Positions 46,025 to 56,022 of a stretch of DNA of 64,000 nt are shown one piece after another. The notes below the pieces were generated by a model. That model saw nothing but the letters and a program-made list of their open reading frames with translations. It searched no databases and was not told where the DNA came from. The position numbers and the translations under genes were made by a program. Numbering within the stretch: position 1 is the first letter of the stretch; the number at the start of each line of letters is the position of its first letter. Source of the DNA: a phage; sequence record PZ445450.1. One strand, written 5' to 3'.

Positions 46025-46835
46025 ACCTGGTCTCCAAAATGTATTGTAGTTCTTTCTTGCCTATACTCTTCATTCCAGCAGTCTTACCTGCTTCTTCTTG
46101 AAAAGAAGAATAGCACTCAACAAACACTCTGTCAACACCATCAACTAAAGATTTTATGAAATATGTTGATTCTTCAGATTTTGGGTCATCATCTCCCAAT
46201 ACTTTCCCAGCATTATACCCAACACGTCTTATACAGAAGTCGTAATCGTCCGGTGTGCTAAAAGAAAATAACTTATTCTCCCCGATCTCTACAGGGTCCC
46301 TATTGCACACCTTTTTCTCCCAAATTTGGAAAACACATGGCACGTCATAAGGTTTGCCGTTAAGTAAAAACGAGTTCTTGGGGCACCTTTCGCTGTAAAT
46401 AAGGTGCATCGACATGTCCAGTTTGTTTGCAAAAAATATTTTTTCAAAAGTTCGTGGCAAGATGAAGGCTATAGCTCCACCAGGCTCTAGCAATGATGCA
46501 CAGTGGTTAAAGAACTTGCAAGCTAAAGACGAATTTTTGCCGAATGGAGGATTACCTATGAATACATCAGCCTTGGGATACACCTCTAAGAAGTTTGCCT
46601 TAATACACGGGGTTGGGCCTTCAAATTCAGGATCTGGTACCAAATCATACGACAGTATCTCTGAAAATAGTTTTGAAAAAGAACCCTTTCCAGCAGAAGG
46701 CTCAACGTATGCACAATTCCCATACTTACCTTTTACTTTACCAACAAGATATTCTGCATACTCGGGGTCTGTGTAATATTTGTCGTTGGACTCTTTCTTG
46801 CTCAAAGTACCTCCAAAAGGAAAAGGGAGGCGCAA
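45999..46835 (-). CDS. DNA N6-adenine methyltransferase (NPPF motif)
   Basis: EPSAGKGSF (AdoMet motif I) and DVFIGNPPFG (motif IV). Confidence 0.7.
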   Translation of the reverse strand: MRLPFPFGGTLSKKESNDKYYTDPEYAEYLVGKVKGKYGNCAYVEPSAGKGSFSKLFSEILSYDLVPDPEFEGPTPCIKANFLEVYPKADVFIGNPPFGKNSSLACKFFNHCASLLEPGGAIAFILPRTFEKIFFANKLDMSMHLIYSERCPKNSFLLNGKPYDVPCVFQIWEKKVCNRDPVEIGENKLFSFSTPDDYDFCIRRVGYNAGKVLGDDDPKSEESTYFIKSLVDGVDRVFVECYSSFQEEAGKTAGMKSIGKKELQYILETRYDQKHRLD

Positions 46836-46850
46836 GCCTCCCTCTATTTG

Positions 46851-47834
46851 TTAGATTATCTGAATAAGGGTGTTTTTCATCTCTTCCCTAGTACGGATGT
46901 TGTTACGATCACGAACAACAGATCCACAACCTTCGCAGCGGTATGTTTTAAATGCACTCAGCTGAGTATACGCCAAAGCTTCTTCCTCGTGAAGGTGTTC
47001 TCCACCACAACGTGGGCAACGAACTTTTGACTCCTCATCTTGGTAGTACAACGACATGTTAGGGTGCTGCTTAGCAAACGGACGCGCCAGCAAATACAGG
47101 CCTTCAAGAGACAAGATGTCCCCAACATTATACTCCCGCATCTGTTTAAACGCATCAAGATCACCATGAACACACTTGATCCACATTTCAAATGTGTGGT
47201 CAATCAGCTTCTGTCGGGCCAGTTGGAAGTATTTACATGCATACTCTAACGTGTTTGCATTCAAACGGAATGCCTTTTTAATCATCTTGAGGGTGTCAAC
47301 CTCTTTGTATGGACTTGTTGGCGGTAAGCCGTGAAATGCAAATCGTTGGTTGGCCCATCCACAGTCAAAACCAGAGTTGTGCGCTACTGCAACATCACAT
47401 TTATCCAGATAATACCACAAATCTTGAATCAGTTCAAGATCGTTGTGGATATCCTCGCCCCACATTTTGTAATCAGGAAGAGCACAGTCAACCACGCTAG
47501 GGCTGTCTAACCATTTACCTGCGAAAGTTAGCATATAAGGCATAATTTCAATACCGCAGGTTTGAATGTTGGTCTTATAGTGCCCAAAGAACCAGCCGTT
47601 TGTTGGGGATGTCTCTGTATCATACACCCAAACTTTAGCGCCTTTGTGTTCTTCAAGGAAGCGCTCCGTTGCCTCTCCTACAATCTCTGACATATTCTCT
47701 TGTGCACGTTTAAGCTGTAGTCGGATCCAGCTCTCACGCGACTCACGCCCTAAAAATTCACGAGCAATTTGTCTATTAGTGTATCCCTGTTGCTTTAGTG
47801 TTAAAATTTGCTCAAGAGTTAACTTTGTCATCAT
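46851..47834 (-). CDS. DEDD-family 3'-5' exonuclease with N-terminal HTH and C-terminal zinc ribbon
   Basis: VWVYDTETS (Exo I), AVAHNSGFD (Exo II), YNVGD (Exo III); CPRCGG...CEGCGS. Confidence 0.7.
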   Translation of the reverse strand: MMTKLTLEQILTLKQQGYTNRQIAREFLGRESRESWIRLQLKRAQENMSEIVGEATERFLEEHKGAKVWVYDTETSPTNGWFFGHYKTNIQTCGIEIMPYMLTFAGKWLDSPSVVDCALPDYKMWGEDIHNDLELIQDLWYYLDKCDVAVAHNSGFDCGWANQRFAFHGLPPTSPYKEVDTLKMIKKAFRLNANTLEYACKYFQLARQKLIDHTFEMWIKCVHGDLDAFKQMREYNVGDILSLEGLYLLARPFAKQHPNMSLYYQDEESKVRCPRCGGEHLHEEEALAYTQLSAFKTYRCEGCGSVVRDRNNIRTREEMKNTLIQII

Positions 47835-47846
47835 CGTTAAGATTCC

Positions 47847-48068
47847 TTAGTAAAACTGAAGAATGTCTTTTAAAGCGAAGTCACGGTATTCGCCCTTATC
47901 TACGTCAAATGCATGCATCAACCACTGCTCTTCTTTATGATACTCTGTAGAGCCAAACCATAAATTAGGCTCAGTAACGCAGCGATCTGCAACAACACCT
48001 TTCCAGTTACGGTATTTCATCCTGATCAGAACTGAATAGCAAGGATTGAATACCTTTTTCGTCCCCAT
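47847..48068 (-). CDS. hypothetical protein
   Basis: 73-aa ORF; 3' end overlaps next gene. Confidence 0.4.
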   Translation of the reverse strand: MGTKKVFNPCYSVLIRMKYRNWKGVVADRCVTEPNLWFGSTEYHKEEQWLMHAFDVDKGEYRDFALKDILQFY

Positions 48069-48486
48069 AGAAATCTCTCTCCTCAGTTTTCTTTATAAAC
48101 TCCTGCATGTAGGCCTCAATAGCCTCATGCTTGGTATACTCTGAATTAATGACAAGACCGAGATCCGATTCTGCACGTGCAATAATCGTAGCTTTAGAGC
48201 ATCTCCTCAAGAACTTTGTCATATCATCTCTGTAATTTTTGTGGAGCGGGAAGTCGCTGTAGTCTTTCTCCAGATAGTCAGCCATCCGGCGTAACGCCTC
48301 TGATAAACTGCAATCTGTATACTCGTTACAGTATTTCATCCAGTATTTAAGCACATACCCCTCAAAGGTATTAGTGCATTGGGACAAAACACCCCTGCAA
48401 CGACCAGTCAGATGATCATGATCTAAACAAGGCTTACGAAGTGGTTCGCACAAGATTGGATCAAGACCATCCTGCTCTTCTGACAA
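48007..48486 (-). CDS. recombination endonuclease VII (T4 gp49-like Holliday junction resolvase)
   Basis: CLDHDHLTGRCRGVLSQCTN matches the endo VII HLDHDH..G..RG.LC..CN zinc/catalytic motif. Confidence 0.75.
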   Translation of the reverse strand: MSEEQDGLDPILCEPLRKPCLDHDHLTGRCRGVLSQCTNTFEGYVLKYWMKYCNEYTDCSLSEALRRMADYLEKDYSDFPLHKNYRDDMTKFLRRCSKATIIARAESDLGLVINSEYTKHEAIEAYMQEFIKKTEERDFYGDEKGIQSLLFSSDQDEIP

Positions 48487-48563
48487 TTCTTTCCGAAAGT
48501 CGGCTATGTCCTTAGAATCTTTTAGCCACCCGCTATGGACGGGGGCTTTGACAGCTTTCTTTC

Positions 48564-49193
48564 TTATTTTACGCTTTGCGATAATCCCTCCAGATGCGCC
48601 CTACCTATCCAATAAGCATCTGCGAGATCGGCCTTACCTTGTACCAAGTTGATCCCATCCAGGAACCCAGGTTCAGATACTTCGCAGGCCTTAACCATCA
48701 ACTTTTTATCCATCGTAACAGGTTTCTTCACAGTATGCTCTTTACCTGTCCTTTTGTCAAGCTTTTTCTTCTCCTCAAAAGCAAGTTCTTCAGGAAGATG
48801 ACTACGAGCAAACTTTTTGGCAGTTGTTGGTGTCACTGTGTGAACCTTAAACAGGCCGTCATTTTCACAATCTGCTAAAGCATCCCAAAGCATAACTTCA
48901 AGACCGTAAAACAACCCAGCCAGCTCACGTGTGGCATCACCTCGCGATCCAAAGGAAAGCCCTTCCATAACCACAGTATCGACTCCGTGCGTGTGGATAT
49001 AATATCTAACCTGTTTGCAGATCCAGTCAATACGCTCAGCAGCTGTTGCAAAAGAAACCGTCCCTGGTTTCTTCTCTTTTGCAGATGAGCTTTGTGTGCG
49101 TAACACAACCTTATGAACAGGCCTACCATCGTCCCATACAACACAGGCTGTGTGGGTAAGAGACTGGTCTATAGACAGCAGTCTTTCTCTCAT
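48564..49193 (-). CDS. RuvC/RNase-H-fold nuclease-like protein
   Basis: SIDQSLTHTACVV and DTVVMEGLSFG resemble RuvC-family acidic motifs; weak. Confidence 0.45.
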   Translation of the reverse strand: MRERLLSIDQSLTHTACVVWDDGRPVHKVVLRTQSSSAKEKKPGTVSFATAAERIDWICKQVRYYIHTHGVDTVVMEGLSFGSRGDATRELAGLFYGLEVMLWDALADCENDGLFKVHTVTPTTAKKFARSHLPEELAFEEKKKLDKRTGKEHTVKKPVTMDKKLMVKACEVSEPGFLDGINLVQGKADLADAYWIGRAHLEGLSQSVK

Positions 49194-49516
49194 GCTGTTT
49201 CCTCTTCATCTGGAGAATAAGCTTTGTCTTTGAATAGCACAAGAGAGCAAAGCTTAACGTCTGTTTCCACGCTGGTAAACATGCATAACCGCTCGCCCTC
49301 AATCAGCTCGCAATCCTCTTTTAAAACAGCAGACCATACACGATCATCTGCGTAATCATCAGTATACAGGATGTATGCAATAGTGTCATCTTCATACAAC
49401 CGCCACATACCTGTGGCAACAATAAATGTATTTTTTGTTTTAAGGGTCCCTGTTGTATGATCATCCTCAAAAACAGCTTCCATAATTGCATTATCTACAG
49501 AATTTTTAGTCATCAA
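49190..49516 (-). CDS. hypothetical protein
   Basis: 108-aa ORF; 4-nt overlaps both sides. Confidence 0.45.
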   Translation of the reverse strand: MMTKNSVDNAIMEAVFEDDHTTGTLKTKNTFIVATGMWRLYEDDTIAYILYTDDYADDRVWSAVLKEDCELIEGERLCMFTSVETDVKLCSLVLFKDKAYSPDEEETA

Positions 49517-50652
49517 ATTGCTCCAACATTTCTAAGAACGTTAACAAGTTTTGTTTGATCATTGAATGTTCGCTTCATATACAAACAGTCAAAAATTATA
49601 CTCATCCACTGACCTACGGAAATCCTACGGTCGATACCATTGAAATCAGTATACTTAACAGCACCTTTCGGAAACCATTTTTTATACTGATCAATGATTG
49701 TTAACCACATCTCTTTCGGTGTGCTGCACTGGGACAGCAAGGAGAATGCAGATGCATCTCCAAACTTCCCTTTACCAATAAGACCTTGGTAAGGCTTAAT
49801 ATTGTCAGCTGAGTCACCACATAGCATTTGATAACCGAAGAACAACATTCCATACCCACCAACATCGCCGTTTGGTTTCATGAATATGTTACCCATACCG
49901 TTATCAATGAGCATAGGTGTCTCTCTTACAAAATCACCTTTATCGTTCCTCATCGGATCGAATACAAGCCCAGGAAGTGTTCGCTGGTCCTTATCTATAG
50001 AGATAATAAACTTGTTGAACTTGCCTGTTTTCTGGTAGTGGTTCCAACCTTCAAATTGCTGGATAGCTAACCAGTCGTCAGCTTCAATACCGTTGATCAC
50101 TTGAGCGTTATATTGCTTTTGGAGATACTGTCTTGCATCTTCAAGCAATAGTGGTCGAAGAGTATTGTTACGGTTGGCTTTATATCGTTCCGGCATGGGA
50201 AGATCTAGTCTGAAATTACCAGTACCCCCAAGCACTCCTACGCACCGATCTTCAGGAATACCGAGATAGTTAAGGACTGCATTAGCTTTACACTTAATTG
50301 TGTGCAAGCAGTTCTCTACAGGATCAGGGGTTTGGATATCCAAGACATCGAAATCTTCTCGTGTCCACGGAATAAACTCCTTGCCAGCTTTTTTACATGC
50401 AGCTTCACGGTTGGTGTTCTCAGCCTTTAACCAACCACCAACTGCGTTCTTCTGCCTCCCCCAAAACTCTGTTCGTGTTTTAAACACCTTCTTACGTCCT
50501 GAGGCTTTATGTGTTACCTCAATTGTCCTTTTTTCACAACTTGCTGCAGCTTGGTATGCAACCTGATCGAAGTCATAATAAACTATAGCGTCAGGTTCAA
50601 GAAGATCAGCTAGACAATCTATGGACTCAATAAGCGGATATTCTCTACTCAA
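49513..50652 (-). CDS. 5'-3' exonuclease / flap endonuclease (FEN family)
   Basis: GIEADDWLA and LCGDSADNIKPYQGLIGKGK (H3TH-like) motifs. Confidence 0.75.
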   Translation of the reverse strand: MSREYPLIESIDCLADLLEPDAIVYYDFDQVAYQAAASCEKRTIEVTHKASGRKKVFKTRTEFWGRQKNAVGGWLKAENTNREAACKKAGKEFIPWTREDFDVLDIQTPDPVENCLHTIKCKANAVLNYLGIPEDRCVGVLGGTGNFRLDLPMPERYKANRNNTLRPLLLEDARQYLQKQYNAQVINGIEADDWLAIQQFEGWNHYQKTGKFNKFIISIDKDQRTLPGLVFDPMRNDKGDFVRETPMLIDNGMGNIFMKPNGDVGGYGMLFFGYQMLCGDSADNIKPYQGLIGKGKFGDASAFSLLSQCSTPKEMWLTIIDQYKKWFPKGAVKYTDFNGIDRRISVGQWMSIIFDCLYMKRTFNDQTKLVNVLRNVGAI

Positions 50653-50953
50653 AGACCCTCCTGTTAGTTATTCTGCAAGATGGTTGGATGCTGTAATGGA
50701 ATGCATCATCACTCTCTGCAATAAGCGACTCAACATCCCAATATTTTTCAAAAAGGAACGGATTAGACCCCCAGTGGTGGGTTATTTTCATCAAGGAGTC
50801 TGGTATCAGATAGCCACAGATCTTAATTACATCGCCAGGTTGAATTGTGTTTTCATGAAGGTTGCTTGCCTTCTTCAGAATCATACCTTTATGATTCTCG
50901 TTTGCATACAACTGGACAATATCTTTATCTTCAACAATAAAAATTTTAAGCAT
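50645..50953 (-). CDS. hypothetical protein
   Basis: 102-aa ORF. Confidence 0.45.
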   Translation of the reverse strand: MLKIFIVEDKDIVQLYANENHKGMILKKASNLHENTIQPGDVIKICGYLIPDSLMKITHHWGSNPFLFEKYWDVESLIAESDDAFHYSIQPSCRITNRRVFE

Positions 50954-51012
50954 ATCTAGTTCTCCTAGTTTATAGATATCTGACCGATAATATCAGATTA
51001 ATAACACTTTTG

Positions 51013-51306
51013 TCAAGACTTTTTAGTCTTTCTTGGAGAGCTTTTTGTTGATCTTTTCCTTTTGTGGTAGATTCCAAGTGCAGCATTTTCTTGGGCGCAC
51101 GTTTTAACAGTTCTCAGACAAGAACTTTCAGCTTTAGGCAGGTTTAACTCCCACCAACCAAGCCAGTAAAGTTCTGATTCAGACAACTGCTCAGATTCAG
51201 CCTTCCGATACAAGGCTTGCATACCTCTGATGATATCGTCCAGAGGTGTATCGAATACAAAAGCTGTCTTATCGAATTTCTCTTTTACAGGTCTCTTAGC
51301 CATCAA
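51013..51306 (-). CDS. hypothetical protein with basic C-terminus
   Basis: 97-aa ORF. Confidence 0.45.
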   Translation of the reverse strand: MMAKRPVKEKFDKTAFVFDTPLDDIIRGMQALYRKAESEQLSESELYWLGWWELNLPKAESSCLRTVKTCAQENAALGIYHKRKRSTKSSPRKTKKS

Positions 51307-51760
51307 GGTAACCCTCTATCCACGAAAAGTCAGTCTTCCATTCTGGAACTTTACTAAGCTCACGCCATTCTGCAAAGCAGTCTCGGTAATACGCCTCTGC
51401 CATACCCTTGGTGATCTTATTCACCTTAGCCAACTGATTAACTGCCTGAGCATACTTTCCACGAATATTTGCTAACCCAGGATGCACCGATGTGTGACAA
51501 TCTGGGCACAACGCTATCAGTCCGACAAGCCGGATCACTCCCTCTTCGAAAGTGTAAAGTTCATGACACTCCACTGGATGTTTGCTGCCTTTACCTCCGC
51601 ACACCTCACAAGTGTAGTTGGCTTCTCTATAGCACTTCTTTCGGATCTTATCCCACTCGCTCTTCTTCACAGCGTTCCGGAGGTTATTATACCAAGCTGT
51701 TTCTGGGATCAGCTGCACAATAAGCCTGCGTTCAGACTTCATTAAACGTCCGTCTTCCAC
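51296..51760 (-). CDS. zinc-finger HNH-like nuclease (putative)
   Basis: CEVCGG...HPVECHELY...CPDCH...H arrangement. Confidence 0.45.
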   Translation of the reverse strand: MEDGRLMKSERRLIVQLIPETAWYNNLRNAVKKSEWDKIRKKCYREANYTCEVCGGKGSKHPVECHELYTFEEGVIRLVGLIALCPDCHTSVHPGLANIRGKYAQAVNQLAKVNKITKGMAEAYYRDCFAEWRELSKVPEWKTDFSWIEGYLDG

Positions 51761-51769
51761 GTATCCCCC

Positions 51770-51976
51770 TTATTCAAAGAAATGGGTGCGAGGGCAGGAA
51801 CCTGCCTCGCCTTGTTTCACAAGCTCGTAGAGCTCACCTTGGCTTGTCTCATAAAGGCAAATACGTTTACCATTGTCCCGATATACATCGACAAGATACG
51901 CTGTTTCACCTGCAAACACGACACCACAGGCCAGACATGCTACCATGAACAAAATTGCCAACAGAAAATCTTTCAT
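51770..51976 (-). CDS. small lipoprotein (signal peptide with lipobox)
   Basis: MKDFLLAILFMVACLACGVVFAG; just downstream of the endolysin. Confidence 0.5.
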   Translation of the reverse strand: MKDFLLAILFMVACLACGVVFAGETAYLVDVYRDNGKRICLYETSQGELYELVKQGEAGSCPRTHFFE

Positions 51977-52039
51977 GGTTAAACCCTCCCAAACATTTTA
52001 TGAGGTGACAATACCACGTCCGTGTGGTTATGTCAACCA

Positions 52040-52519
52040 TTAATCCAGTACTGTGCCTCCGGCTTTTCGGAAGACGTCCAGCATCTTCTCTATGTTTTCT
52101 ACACGCTGATCATACAGTTTACCAGCCCCCGGTGGTGGTGGGAAACTTGCCCAACGGCTACGGCATTTATAGATAGCTGAACGGATCCTTCCTTCATAAA
52201 TGTCATCAAGGGCTTTACATTCGCGGATCAACTGTTTTGCTATGGCATCCTGACTTGCCGGACCAAAATCTCTTAAGCCAAGCTGCTTCATGTAATGCTT
52301 AGCGTATTTCTCCAGAATTTGGTATCTGCCAAATGCTGAAGAGGTAAGGCCTGGTCTTAATTTGACATAAATACCGGGATGCCTGCTGAGATCCTCTATG
52401 TATTTTCCACCAACAAGGATGTGGTACGAAGCATCTTCGCCACCATACCTGTCAGTACCTTCTGAATGTGAAATCATCGAAAAAAATGCTCTCAATTGTA
52501 CATTTTTATCTAGCTTCAT
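52040..52519 (-). CDS. endolysin, lambda R-like lytic transglycosylase
   Basis: LRAFFSMISHSEGTD...ILVGG...GRYQIL...KQLGL...GGTV closely parallels lambda R (AFLDMLAWSEGTD...VIVGG...GRYQLL...KQLGL). Confidence 0.9.
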   Translation of the reverse strand: MKLDKNVQLRAFFSMISHSEGTDRYGGEDASYHILVGGKYIEDLSRHPGIYVKLRPGLTSSAFGRYQILEKYAKHYMKQLGLRDFGPASQDAIAKQLIRECKALDDIYEGRIRSAIYKCRSRWASFPPPPGAGKLYDQRVENIEKMLDVFRKAGGTVLD

Positions 52520-53232
52520 TTAAACCTCCGATTAAACCACTCTTCCAACGAATCATCATGTTTTGCATATTCTGCGGATTTTCTGACGCATACAGCATCC
52601 CACCACTCCGTGTATTGCCCCAAATGATACCTTTTGCTGTTTTCAGCAATCTGAACTTGCCACTTGTCAGTATCGTGTCTCCATTTAACACCTGTACACC
52701 CAGATGTGTTATTAAGTTTTAGTATTTTGCCTTTATAAGTACCTGAAACTAGCTGTTTTCTTGCCTCTACAGCCTCATCTTTGGTCTTAAAGTACCCAGC
52801 AAACCTATCTCCTTCGAGGGTGTTATATACTGCATACCATAAACCACATTTCTTATAAACGCCTAAGTTACCGTGCGGGTTATTTTTCGGGAGTAAATTA
52901 TTTCTTATGCGGTCCTTGTTGTTATCACTGTAGGTGCCCATAGAAAGATTTTCTATATTATCCTGGCCTTTTATATCATTTAAATGCCTGACAAGAAAGT
53001 TTTTTGTTAAAGAGTTATAAAACATGTCGTAAATAATTCTATGACGCTTCTTATCACCACCTTTATGAGAGTTGATTATAACATACCCTTGTGCATCATT
53101 ACAACCAGCTTTTGTGCCAGCTTTTATGAAGAGTTGATTTTTACCTCGGCCTCTATAATGATTCTTTGTCCAAACTAGCTCCCCATCTTTGTACCAAAAT
53201 GCAAAATTATCATTGAAGAAGAAATTAATCAT
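52516..53232 (-). CDS. HNH-AP2 homing endonuclease (free-standing)
   Basis: HNH core HRIIYDMF...VRHLNDIKGQDNIENLSMGTYSDNN plus two AP2-like repeats (GVYKK..GLWYAV...F.TKDEA; TGVKWRHDTDKWQVQI...LGQYTEWWDA). Confidence 0.75.
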   Translation of the reverse strand: MINFFFNDNFAFWYKDGELVWTKNHYRGRGKNQLFIKAGTKAGCNDAQGYVIINSHKGGDKKRHRIIYDMFYNSLTKNFLVRHLNDIKGQDNIENLSMGTYSDNNKDRIRNNLLPKNNPHGNLGVYKKCGLWYAVYNTLEGDRFAGYFKTKDEAVEARKQLVSGTYKGKILKLNNTSGCTGVKWRHDTDKWQVQIAENSKRYHLGQYTEWWDAVCVRKSAEYAKHDDSLEEWFNRRFK

Positions 53233-53385
53233 TTTTTTTACTCTCCAATCTACTTATAGCATATCCGATCAACAACACTGTACAGCATGGTTATATTGCA
53301 CAGTGCGAATATCAAGGCATATGCAGGTGCCAATTGAAAAAACCCTCATTCAATTGGCTACCGTTACCTACTGAACCTTCCTACA

Positions 53386-54669
53386 TCATTCCAGCACCTC
53401 CCAAGTGTCTGGGTCAACATTTCGGACGCAGATACCGACAGGGAATTGGTAGTTGTTGTCTTCTGTCCTTGATTGATATTTGAAGGTGACAAACTTGCCG
53501 ATCATTTCCTGCATCCTGTCATAGCTACGCTCCTCGTGCGTGCCTTTCATCTTCATTTTAACAACTATACCTTCCTTGTCAACGCAGATAAGAACACCTT
53601 CATCATTCTTATCTTTCTCAACGTCAATAACTTTCACCTCAGCATCGTTGAACTTTTTCCATTTCAATGCTTCAGATGTTCGCTGACCATATTCATATTT
53701 ACCACAGAAGTTACGCATGATAGTACCTTCATATCCTTCGGACATGAATACACCAACAGATTCTTCGCAATGATCAACTGTGTACGCAAGCTCTGCGTCA
53801 ACAACCTTGATATGGTCAAGCATCAGGGTGGTAATGGTATCTTCTGCATCCATAAGATCCTTGCATCGTCCAGATTCTGTTTCCGGATCCCACCATACCT
53901 TGTCACTAGGAATGTCGAAAATATGATACTCTAAGTCATAGCTACAGTACCCTCCGTAACGCAAATCATCACGAACAGGCTCAACATCAACAGGAATATC
54001 TACCTTATTGAAGTTTTTGTATGTTGATAAGCCTGCCTTAATTGCGGCATGACGGCGTTTTTTATCTGCCTCGTAGTCTTTATCGATCTCGGCCTGAATC
54101 TCTTCCTGTGTGCGCCAACGTTTAGCAAGAGACACTATTTTCTGCAGAGGCAGACCATGAATATAGATCTCTCCGTCGAGCTGTTTAATCCCGGTGGTGA
54201 AGTGGAAAGAACGAAGTTGCTCCAGAAGCTTTCCTTGAATAGGGTAGGACTTATTACCACGGGAAATAAATTTAGGCTCACCGTTTTGGAAAACAACCAG
54301 TAGACGAAGGCCATCTAACTTACGCAAGATCCAGCAGGGTAATTTAAGTGCCTTTCCACGCTTCAGGTAGTCATGCACCAGCATGGGTAAAAGGTCAACA
54401 CCCTGCTCGCAATCTTCCATATTTTCAACATACCCCAGACGGACTTGTTTTTCCCACTTACTGATCGCTTCCAGCTCAGCCTGTTGCTCAGCTGTAGTTT
54501 CATTGGCACGGCCCACGTTCTTAGGTGTGCAGATCGTCTCTTTGTATTGCAGTTTACCATCAAGCTTGCCAAACTCTACGATAACCTTATCACCATCCGT
54601 GAATACTTTCCACTGTTGGTAGCTGCCATCTTTGTTCAGTGCGTACAGTGTTGTTTTGATCTGATGCAT
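53386..54669 (-). CDS. DNA ligase (nucleotidyltransferase superfamily)
   Basis: Motif I KLDGLR, motif IV-like EGYEGTIMRN, motif V-like KMKMKG. Confidence 0.7.
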   Translation of the reverse strand: MHQIKTTLYALNKDGSYQQWKVFTDGDKVIVEFGKLDGKLQYKETICTPKNVGRANETTAEQQAELEAISKWEKQVRLGYVENMEDCEQGVDLLPMLVHDYLKRGKALKLPCWILRKLDGLRLLVVFQNGEPKFISRGNKSYPIQGKLLEQLRSFHFTTGIKQLDGEIYIHGLPLQKIVSLAKRWRTQEEIQAEIDKDYEADKKRRHAAIKAGLSTYKNFNKVDIPVDVEPVRDDLRYGGYCSYDLEYHIFDIPSDKVWWDPETESGRCKDLMDAEDTITTLMLDHIKVVDAELAYTVDHCEESVGVFMSEGYEGTIMRNFCGKYEYGQRTSEALKWKKFNDAEVKVIDVEKDKNDEGVLICVDKEGIVVKMKMKGTHEERSYDRMQEMIGKFVTFKYQSRTEDNNYQFPVGICVRNVDPDTWEVLE

Positions 54670-54938
54670 TACTCGGCCTCTTCCTTAAAAATTTTAAACA
54701 TCTCTTCTTTGCTCATTACCAACCAGTCTCCCATAAAGTCAACTAGCCAATCTCCCTGGTACAAGACAAGGTTACCAAAAGGCTCGACAAGCTCACACAT
54801 GCGACGAAGATCTCTGGTCCGAACAGGTGACGATGTAAACACACCTGTATCAATCCACCGTTGCAGATCAGATACTGATGAAGAGCTTCCGTCAAACTGA
54901 TGTGCTTCTACAGGTTTAGCAAGATTAAATAACGGCAT
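54669..54938 (-). CDS. hypothetical protein
   Basis: 89-aa ORF. Confidence 0.45.
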   Translation of the reverse strand: MPLFNLAKPVEAHQFDGSSSSVSDLQRWIDTGVFTSSPVRTRDLRRMCELVEPFGNLVLYQGDWLVDFMGDWLVMSKEEMFKIFKEEAE

Positions 54939-55233
54939 TGCAGTCCTCCTTCTGTAGTAGGTCTTTTATAGGATAAACAAGTAAGTGTGGGTCGTAATAA
55001 CGTATAGTCCTATTCTGCCACACTATGAACTTTATTACAACCAAATTTACAATATCTTTATCACCATGTAGCCCAACACACACATTTGTCCATATTTTGT
55101 GGTTGAAGACCTTGCTATCGATGTAGATTTTAGTGTCAAACTTATCTTCCATTCTACCAATAAGTTTGATCAGCTCCTTCATCTGGTCGCCAAACACAGC
55201 ATCTTTTTCAAGATCTCTGGAATGCTTGTACAT
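54925..55233 (-). CDS. hypothetical protein
   Basis: 102-aa ORF. Confidence 0.45.
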   Translation of the reverse strand: MYKHSRDLEKDAVFGDQMKELIKLIGRMEDKFDTKIYIDSKVFNHKIWTNVCVGLHGDKDIVNLVVIKFIVWQNRTIRYYDPHLLVYPIKDLLQKEDCNAVI

Positions 55234-55295
55234 AACTGACTACCTCACTGCATACTTTCCATAATAAGTAAAGCCGGGTAATCCCGGCTATGTTG

Positions 55296-56009
55296 TTAAA
55301 TATACTCTGTTACATCCTTGAAGCTCGAAGGCTTCATAATCTTACCTTTACTGTCAAGGAATATAATAACTTTATTGCCGTTGTAGAACTCCTCTTTAGC
55401 AACGAAACCTTCGTAGCGACCACCAAAACGACGCTCAAGATCTTTAATCTCCAACTCGATGAGTTGTTCAGCAGGCATATCTGCACTGGCACCGTGTGAA
55501 TGCCGTAGATGGTTGATCCGTGCAAACTTACTGTCATTAGATTTTAGAACCTTCCGCATCATCCCACACACATCCCCGCTAAGCTGGAACAGTAAAGCTG
55601 TTGATAACTCCGCTAGTCGGTAAGCTGACGCTCTTTGCTTGGATGTGTTTTTCGCAGCGATCAGTGTATCATAGAACTCACCGATCTTGAACTTAAGACC
55701 TCGCGGATTATCAAACAGGTTTGACCACTTTTCGTGGTTATCATTAACAAGATAAGCTGCATAACTTGTGACAACGTGAAGATCGCAGGCCTCTTTTAGC
55801 AGGTGATCTCCACCATCACCTTTCTCCAGCTCTTCCAAAACCTCATTGAACTCTTCCTCAATGAAGCTAAGCTGTAATTCGAATGGTGTGTATGATTTTT
55901 TCACTTTAGCTGCCACACGGTTCCAGTTTTCCACCCAGTTGGCAGACCAAAGGTAGTTTTCAGGCTGGGACAGTTTTTCCAGGTTGTCGATCAGTTTAGT
56001 ATTCAGCAT
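55296..56009 (-). CDS. MazG-like nucleotide pyrophosphohydrolase (putative)
   Basis: FIEEEFNEVLEELEKGDGGDHLLKEACDLHVV resembles the MazG EExxE...D metal-binding helix pair. Confidence 0.5.
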   Translation of the reverse strand: MLNTKLIDNLEKLSQPENYLWSANWVENWNRVAAKVKKSYTPFELQLSFIEEEFNEVLEELEKGDGGDHLLKEACDLHVVTSYAAYLVNDNHEKWSNLFDNPRGLKFKIGEFYDTLIAAKNTSKQRASAYRLAELSTALLFQLSGDVCGMMRKVLKSNDSKFARINHLRHSHGASADMPAEQLIELEIKDLERRFGGRYEGFVAKEEFYNGNKVIIFLDSKGKIMKPSSFKDVTEYI

Positions 56010-56022
56010 TAAAGGTCTCCTT

